Positions 35,296 through 40,825 of a DNA stretch of 40,825 bases are shown here, one piece after another. The translations under genes were made by a program, and so were the position numbers. Source of the stretch: a virus (Duplodnaviria > Caudoviricetes); the IMG/VR virus record IMGVR_UViG_3300025451_000026, positions 1-40,825 of that record; one strand, given 5' to 3'. Numbering within the stretch: position 1 is the stretch's first letter; every line of letters starts with the position of its first letter. The notes under the pieces are model-generated. The model was not told the DNA's origin. It made no database searches and saw only the letters and a program-made list of their open reading frames with translations.

Positions 35296-35490
35296 ATGAA
35301 GTGTATTTGTTGCGATAAAAACCTTAGTGACTATGAATCAACACGTAGACACGCGCACACAGGTGAGTTCTTAGACACTTGCTCAGGATGTCTCGGGGTC
35401 ATCAGGAATGATTCATATCTACCAACTATCGACAGGACAGACCTGATAGAAGAATACAATGAAGAAAGTTCTGAGATTGTTGACAACTAG
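35296..35490 (+). CDS. Small zinc-finger protein
   Basis: C.CC..L.D.E..R...GEFLD.C..C; RBS agga. Confidence 0.78.
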   Translation: MKCICCDKNLSDYESTRRHAHTGEFLDTCSGCLGVIRNDSYLPTIDRTDLIEEYNEESSEIVDN

Positions 35491-35509
35491 ACCAAAAGCG
35501 TGCTACACT
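35480..35509 (+). promoter_or_regulatory. Sigma70-type promoter
   Basis: TTGACA-18 nt-TACACT with extended -10 TG. Confidence 0.65.
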
Positions 35510-35623
35510 AACTACTTAGTAGTCTTCATAGACACTTCAAAGCAAGACTAAGTAGTTAAATACCATTTATAGTTATATACATATAAAGTATATTACTGAG
35601 ATGTAAACTTTAAAGAGGCTAAG

Positions 35624-35827
35624 ATGGCAAACGATAGATATGTTATTGATGATAATATTACTGAAGAAGACTATAATCTATGGCAAGAAGAGTTTTACTT
35701 ATGGTCTTCATGCAACGATGTTGCTGAATTGATAGTAAATAAAGGGTATAATAATGTTATGTCTATTATCACTGAGTTAGTTGCTTCAAAGTATAAGACA
35801 AAGCAAGAAGTATTTGATAATCTATGA
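35624..35827 (+). CDS. Hypothetical acidic protein
   Basis: RBS gagg; ORF after the promoter. Confidence 0.75.
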   Translation: MANDRYVIDDNITEEDYNLWQEEFYLWSSCNDVAELIVNKGYNNVMSIITELVASKYKTKQEVFDNL

Positions 35828-35880
35828 TAATTGCTTTTGTAACTATTCTTGTTGTCTTAATTAAAATAAGTATCTAAACC

Positions 35881-35985
35881 ATGTGGCCCTTCCCATTAAC
35901 ACTTCCAGTACGACAGCCGAATGCACCAGCGAATGCGTTGCTGCCTAAGTTCAATCCTAATAATTACGAGGATGCACTACTATGA
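35881..35985 (+). CDS. Micro-protein (34 aa), not in the ORF track
   Basis: MWPFPLTLPVRQPNAPANALLPKFNPNNYEDALL; stop overlaps the next start (ATGA). Confidence 0.65.
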   Translation: MWPFPLTLPVRQPNAPANALLPKFNPNNYEDALL

Positions 35986-36191
35986 ACGAACGAATTGATG
36001 TATTAGCTTTACAAGCAACTGATAGCAAGGGTGGATTAAATAGGCATAAGTTCGCTGAGTTGATTGTTCGGGAATACCTATCCATTGTATATGAAGTAAG
36101 AGGAGAACCCACAATTGATACACATTTTGTTATTAAGTATGACCGTGCTTACAAGAAAATAATTGATGCAATTGAAGAAACTTTGGATTAA
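35982..36191 (+). CDS. Hypothetical protein
   Basis: MNERI..LA.QA...KFAELIVRE motif common in small phage ORFs. Confidence 0.75.
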   Translation: MNERIDVLALQATDSKGGLNRHKFAELIVREYLSIVYEVRGEPTIDTHFVIKYDRAYKKIIDAIEETLD

Positions 36192-36195
36192 CAGA

Positions 36196-36630
36196 ATGAA
36201 AACACCACACAAACACGCAGACTTAATCAAGGCTTGGACTGATGGCGCTGAGATTGAAATCGGATGGGCCGAGCACAATGATTGGGAAGTTATTAAAAAC
36301 CCACAGTGGGATAGAAATTGGCAATTCCGCATCAAGCCAGAGCCGAAGCCAGAGCAAGATTGGGAAGGAATAGCAGCCGACCAAGCCATGACGATTGCGT
36401 TGATGAAGTCTGAGCAGGAGCCTGTGGCTTACATAGGGATGATTGATGAAGAGCACTTTGCTGACGTATGCCGTAAAGCCAAGGGCAATAGCAATACGCC
36501 ACTCTACACATCACCACCAGCACGCAAGTGGGTAGGGTTGATGGATATGGAGCGACTGGCGTGCCAAAGCTTCTCACACGCTCAAACAGCTATCAACACT
36601 GAAGCCAAACTGAAGGAGTTGAACACATGA
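36196..36630 (+). CDS. Mosaic hypothetical protein
   Basis: PHKHADLIKAW.DGAEIE, QEPVA, PLYT.PP.RKWVGL, EAKLKELN blocks; likely start 36196. Confidence 0.75.
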   Translation: MKTPHKHADLIKAWTDGAEIEIGWAEHNDWEVIKNPQWDRNWQFRIKPEPKPEQDWEGIAADQAMTIALMKSEQEPVAYIGMIDEEHFADVCRKAKGNSNTPLYTSPPARKWVGLMDMERLACQSFSHAQTAINTEAKLKELNT

Positions 36631-36908
36631 GCGGAGGACACTTTGATTATAAACAGTATGATATTTCACATATAATAGCTAGTATACAACAGTTAATATA
36701 TATGAACAATTCCAAAGAATTAAATGAATGGGGCGATACTAAAGGAGCAGGGTATACCTCTGAAACTATTCTAGAGTTTGAGCGTGCTGTGGAGCTTCTA
36801 CAGATAGCTGAAACATATGTCCAGCGTATTGATTGGCTTGTCTCTGGTGATGATAATGAAGAGAATTTCCATAGTAGACTTAAAAGTGATTTAGGAGCAA
36901 TTAAATGA
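36627..36908 (+). CDS. Hypothetical protein
   Basis: MSGGHFDY...RIDWL.SGDD.EE.F..RL pattern; coupled to neighbours. Confidence 0.8.
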   Translation: MSGGHFDYKQYDISHIIASIQQLIYMNNSKELNEWGDTKGAGYTSETILEFERAVELLQIAETYVQRIDWLVSGDDNEENFHSRLKSDLGAIK

Positions 36909-37234
36909 AACGATTAGCAAAAGAAGTTAACATTGATAACAAACCTGTGGTATACTTTATACCGCCAGCAAAGTTCTTTAACTATTCTGACAACCCCAAG
37001 TATCCTGTAGCTCGTGTATTCACATTGAATCATTACAGTTTAGGTGCACAGCAAGTAAGAACTTCTATCATTAAGAAGAAGTTTAAATCAGGAGCATTTG
37101 AAACAGTCAATACCTTCTATAAGCCAATTACACTACAACCAGATACATTCAACGATGATGAAACAGTACCTAACAAGCCAATCACTGCCCAAGAGTCAGT
37201 TTCTGAAGCACATTCCATGCACGCAGTGTGGTAG
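36905..37234 (+). CDS. Hypothetical protein
   Basis: H..LG...VRTS.I, FET.NT.Y; RBS aggag; C-terminus overlaps the primase start. Confidence 0.7.
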   Translation: MKRLAKEVNIDNKPVVYFIPPAKFFNYSDNPKYPVARVFTLNHYSLGAQQVRTSIIKKKFKSGAFETVNTFYKPITLQPDTFNDDETVPNKPITAQESVSEAHSMHAVW

Positions 37235-38795
37235 TAGTGATGCAGCTTCTCTCTACAGTGACGGACACACTTATTGCTCTATTTGTACTGCGTATTCCTC
37301 CGGGAACGACGAAGACAGCGACAGAGTAGGTTACAGTAAATCAAGCGTTAAACATAACAAGAGCACAGTACCGATGGAAATTACAGGCACTATTAAATCA
37401 ATTCCTGAGCGTAATATTACACGCTCAACGTGTGATAAGTATGGAGTAACTCAAGAGAATGGACGACACTTTTACCCTTACACTAACGGAGCAGGAGACA
37501 CAGTTGCTGCTAAAGTTAGAACCGTTGCAGATAAGGCTTTCACTATCAAGGGGTCATTTAATGAAGCTGTCCTCTTCGGGCAGAGCTTATTTAACTCTGG
37601 TGGTAAAGCCGTCACCATCTGTGAAGGAGAACTAGACGCTCTAGCAGCTTTCCAGATGCAAGGTAGTCTCTACCCTTCAGTGAGTGTTCGTAACGGAGCA
37701 CAGGCTGCTTTAAAGGACTGCAAGGCATCATTTGAATGGATCAACAGCTTTGACAGTATTGTTATCTGCTTTGACAGTGACGAACCGGGTAAGAAGGCTT
37801 CTAAAGAAGTGGCTGAACTATTCTCAGGCAAGGCTAAGGTAATGAAGCACTTGTCAGGCTTTAAAGATGCCTGCGATTACCTTTCACAGGGCAAGGAGAA
37901 GGAGTTTACTAACGCTTGGTGGAGAGCTGAAGAGTTTAAGCCTGAAGGTATTGTCACTGTAAGTGATATTAAAGAGCGTATGTTGACTCCTGCTGTGGCT
38001 GGTGTACCTTGGTGCTTCGATAGCCTCACTAAGCTCACATATGGTCGCCGTAAAGGTGAACTCTATGGCTTCGGTGCTGGTGTTGGTGTCGGTAAGACTG
38101 ATGTATTTACACAACAGATTGCCTATGACATTGAAGTCCTGAACGAGCGTGTTGGTGTAATCTACTTGGAACAGAATGTAGTAGAAACTGCTCAACGAGT
38201 AGCTGGAAAGATTGATCGTAAGTTGTACCACATCCCTGATGCAGGATGGACACGAGCAGAGTATGAAGAGAGTGTAGAACGTATTGATGCACGTAAACAG
38301 TTATACATGATGGAGCACTTCGGTGCTATGGACTGGACGACTGTAAAGGGCATCATTAAGTACTTTGCTAAGGTTTATGACATCAAGATGATCTATTTAG
38401 ACCACCTTACAGCCTTAGCAGCTAACGAACAGGATGAACGGAGAGCACTTGATGGAATCATGGCAGATATGGCTAGTCTCGCTCAGTCTGATGGCCTCAT
38501 CATTCACTTTGTCAGTCACCTTACTACTCCAGAAGGTAAAGCTCATGAAGAGGGAGGAAGGGTTCTTGAGAAGCATTTTACTGGTTCACGGGCTATTGCA
38601 CGCTGGTCTCATTATATGTTTGGTCTGGAACGAGATAAACAAGCCTCTGACCCTGTGGTTCGTCAAACAACTACCTTCAGGGTCTTGAAAGATCGTTATG
38701 CAGGCAGTGCAACAGGTGAGAAGTTTGGACTGCACTATAATAAAGTGACTGGATACTTAAATGAATGCGAATTAGATGTGCTGGAGGTGTTATAA
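37156..38795 (+). CDS. T7 gp4-like primase-helicase (start uncertain)
   Basis: Zinc finger CTQCGSSDA..Y.DGHTYC..C; TOPRIM EGELDA / FDSDEPG / KDA; Walker A GVGVGKT; LDHL, VSHL, LKDR. Confidence 0.95.
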
Positions 38796-38821
38796 TATGT
38801 ATCTAACTAAAGAGAATCTGT

Positions 38822-40537
38822 ATGAAAAGAGTAGTATTAGACATCGAGACAACACTAGATCATAAAACAATCTGGTTAGCGGTTACTAAAGATATTGACA
38901 CACAGGAAATTAAGACATGGAACACACTCGACGGACTCTCGGACTATCTAAAGGACAGTACTCAGATTATCATGCACAACGGGACGAGCTTCGACGCGCC
39001 AGTCCTAGCGAATTGCTGGAAGGTGAGAATCAAGAAGAAGCAGGTATTCGATACGCTGATAGTAAGCAGGCTATTAGAGCCAAGCAGAGAGCAAGGTCAC
39101 TCGCTAGAGAATTGGGGAGAGAGCTTAGGTATCGCCAAGATTAACTACAAAGCCGTATGGCAGTGGTTAAATGATCGACGTGAAGAATATAAAGGAGAAT
39201 GTTATGACAATCCTCACATTGGATTACTTGAAGATTACTGTATCAGGGATGTTGAAGTCACTGAGAGACTCTTTCATGCGCTTGAACTGGCGCTGAAGGA
39301 AAAGAAGTTCTCCGATGATAGTGTATTACTTGAGCATGACGTAGCAGCTATCATTGGTCAACAGGTACGCAATGGATTTAAACTGGATTTACCTTATGCA
39401 ACTAGCTTACTTACTACAATCAAAGGAAAACTGGACAGCTTACAGGAGCAAATGCAAGAAAGATGGCCTCCCTACACTGTGCAGAGAATCTCAGAGAAAA
39501 CTGGAAAGCCCCTCAAAGAAGGCGTGGTTACTTTCAACCCCGGCAGTAGGCAGCAAATTGGAGAAAAGCTAAAGGAACTTGGCTGGAAGCCCGATAAGTT
39601 TACCCCTACTGGTCATCCTATTGTGGACGAAGGTGTACTTGAGAAAAGCACTATTCCTGAAGCTAAACTAATTGCTGAGTATTTGATGCTACAGAAACGT
39701 ATTGCACAAATCACAAGCTGGTTAGAAGCTGTGGAGGAGGATGGAAGGGTACACGGTAAGGTAATCACTAACGGAGCAGTCACAGGAAGAATGACACATT
39801 CGACACCTAACATGGCTCAGATACCTAACTCAGGTAGTATCTTTGGCCCAGAGTGTAGAGAATGTTGGACAGTTGAAGATGGCAATGTATTGGTTGGTTG
39901 TGATGCTAGTGGTCTTGAGTTACGGATGCTTGCTCATTATATGAAGGATGCTGAATATGTCAAAACAGTTACTGAAGGAAGTTCCAAAGATGGCACAGAT
40001 GTCCACACCGTCAATCAACGAGCAGCTGGCCTTGCTACGAGAGACCAAGCTAAAACTTTTGTGTACGCTTTCCTCTACGGGGCCGGAGATTCAAAGATCG
40101 GTTCAATTATTGAGGGAAGTGCAGCAGCGGGTAAGAAACTTAAGCGATCATTTCTCGATCAGATACCGACTTTACGAAAACTTATTGAAGCAGTCTCAAA
40201 ATATGCGGCAAAAGGATTTGTTCCCGGCTTAGATGGCAGGATGATTTGGGTTAGATCGGAGCACGCTGCTCTTAATAGCTTGTTACAAGGTGCTGGTGCT
40301 ATTGTTATGAAGAAAGCACTGGTATTGTTTAATGAACAGATTATTAAGAATAAGTGGCCTGTGAAGATGGTAGTTAATGTTCATGACGAAATGCAGTGGG
40401 AAACTACTGAGAAGTATGCTACAATAACAGGTGAAGCAGGTAAACAAGCAATCATTGATGCAGGTTTGTTTTATAATCTTCGCTGTCCTCTAGATGGTGA
40501 ATACAAGACAGGGAAATCATGGCGACAGACTCATTAA
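38822..40537 (+). CDS. polA: Family A DNA polymerase with 3'-5' exonuclease domain
   Basis: ExoI LDIET, ExoII HNG..FD, ExoIII YC..DV; polymerase motifs A, B and C. Confidence 0.96.
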   Translation: MKRVVLDIETTLDHKTIWLAVTKDIDTQEIKTWNTLDGLSDYLKDSTQIIMHNGTSFDAPVLANCWKVRIKKKQVFDTLIVSRLLEPSREQGHSLENWGESLGIAKINYKAVWQWLNDRREEYKGECYDNPHIGLLEDYCIRDVEVTERLFHALELALKEKKFSDDSVLLEHDVAAIIGQQVRNGFKLDLPYATSLLTTIKGKLDSLQEQMQERWPPYTVQRISEKTGKPLKEGVVTFNPGSRQQIGEKLKELGWKPDKFTPTGHPIVDEGVLEKSTIPEAKLIAEYLMLQKRIAQITSWLEAVEEDGRVHGKVITNGAVTGRMTHSTPNMAQIPNSGSIFGPECRECWTVEDGNVLVGCDASGLELRMLAHYMKDAEYVKTVTEGSSKDGTDVHTVNQRAAGLATRDQAKTFVYAFLYGAGDSKIGSIIEGSAAAGKKLKRSFLDQIPTLRKLIEAVSKYAAKGFVPGLDGRMIWVRSEHAALNSLLQGAGAIVMKKALVLFNEQIIKNKWPVKMVVNVHDEMQWETTEKYATITGEAGKQAIIDAGLFYNLRCPLDGEYKTGKSWRQTH

Positions 40538-40710
40538 AAGATGACGACTATAAACATATCCACATTAAGTTCAATGGTGAATCATTCATCTTAGCAACTT
40601 CAGAAGATATGGATAATGAAAAGATGTTCATTGTATTAGCAAGTGTTGTAAAGTATTTATCAGAAACATTTGAATTATCTGGTAAAACTGAAGATACTGT
40701 GGTACACTAA
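40519..40710 (+). CDS. Hypothetical protein, allele of 1020..1208
   Basis: Identical to it from DDDYKH onward. Confidence 0.75.
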   Translation: MATDSLKDDDYKHIHIKFNGESFILATSEDMDNEKMFIVLASVVKYLSETFELSGKTEDTVVH

Positions 40711-40760
40711 GAGACACTTCGGATAGACGAAGAATTTAAAAACTTAATAGGAACTTTAAA

Positions 40761-40825
40761 ATGGCTACAACTAACGACTCTTCAATCAAACCAATCAAAA
40801 TCGCAGGAGAACTCTTCTACGCTAA
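40761..40825 (+). CDS. SSB N-terminus, truncated by the window end
   Basis: MATTNDSSIKPIKIAGELFYA, same as the ORF starting at 1259. Confidence 0.85.
   Translation, partial: MATTNDSSIKPIKIAGELFYA

Larger units (their letters stand above)
39505..40825. repeat. Right copy of the diverged end overlap
   Basis: Aligns to 1..1323. Confidence 0.95.

Noticed and set aside
1-40825. tRNA genes, integrase, or stop-codon recoding
   Set aside because: No cloverleaf or recombinase motifs were seen, and genes are full length under the standard code with all three stops in use.

Overview
The window is an essentially complete, circularly permuted genome of a lytic, probably short-tailed dsDNA phage. The unit length is about 39.5 kb: 1..1323 recurs as a diverged copy at 39505..40825. 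It has two convergent arms. The + strand arm runs from about 32.7 kb through the window end and on to about 8.9 kb. It carries small early genes, a T7-like primase-helicase, a family A DNA polymerase, SSB, exonuclease, endonuclease I, ThyX, MazG-like and DUF5664-like nucleotide hydrolases, a metallophosphoesterase and a class II RNR. The - strand arm (31.6 kb to 9.0 kb) carries TerS, TerL, portal, scaffold, capsid, several fibre genes, tail and ejection proteins, endolysin and holin. The arms meet at a bidirectional terminator near 8.95 kb. I see no RNA polymerase, integrase, tRNA or CRISPR array, and near-consensus sigma70 promoters point to transcription by host RNAP. The layout resembles Zobellviridae/cobavirus-like phages (inference). 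The most unusual part is the non-coding region between the divergent arms (31.7-32.7 kb). It holds a 20-bp-period array followed by three perfect DnaA boxes, a sigma54 -24/-12 element and several palindromes that look like host regulator sites, in a phage that encodes its own replisome. The genome also appears to avoid CCWGG and CTGCAG. All family assignments come from motif recognition by eye; no searches were run.
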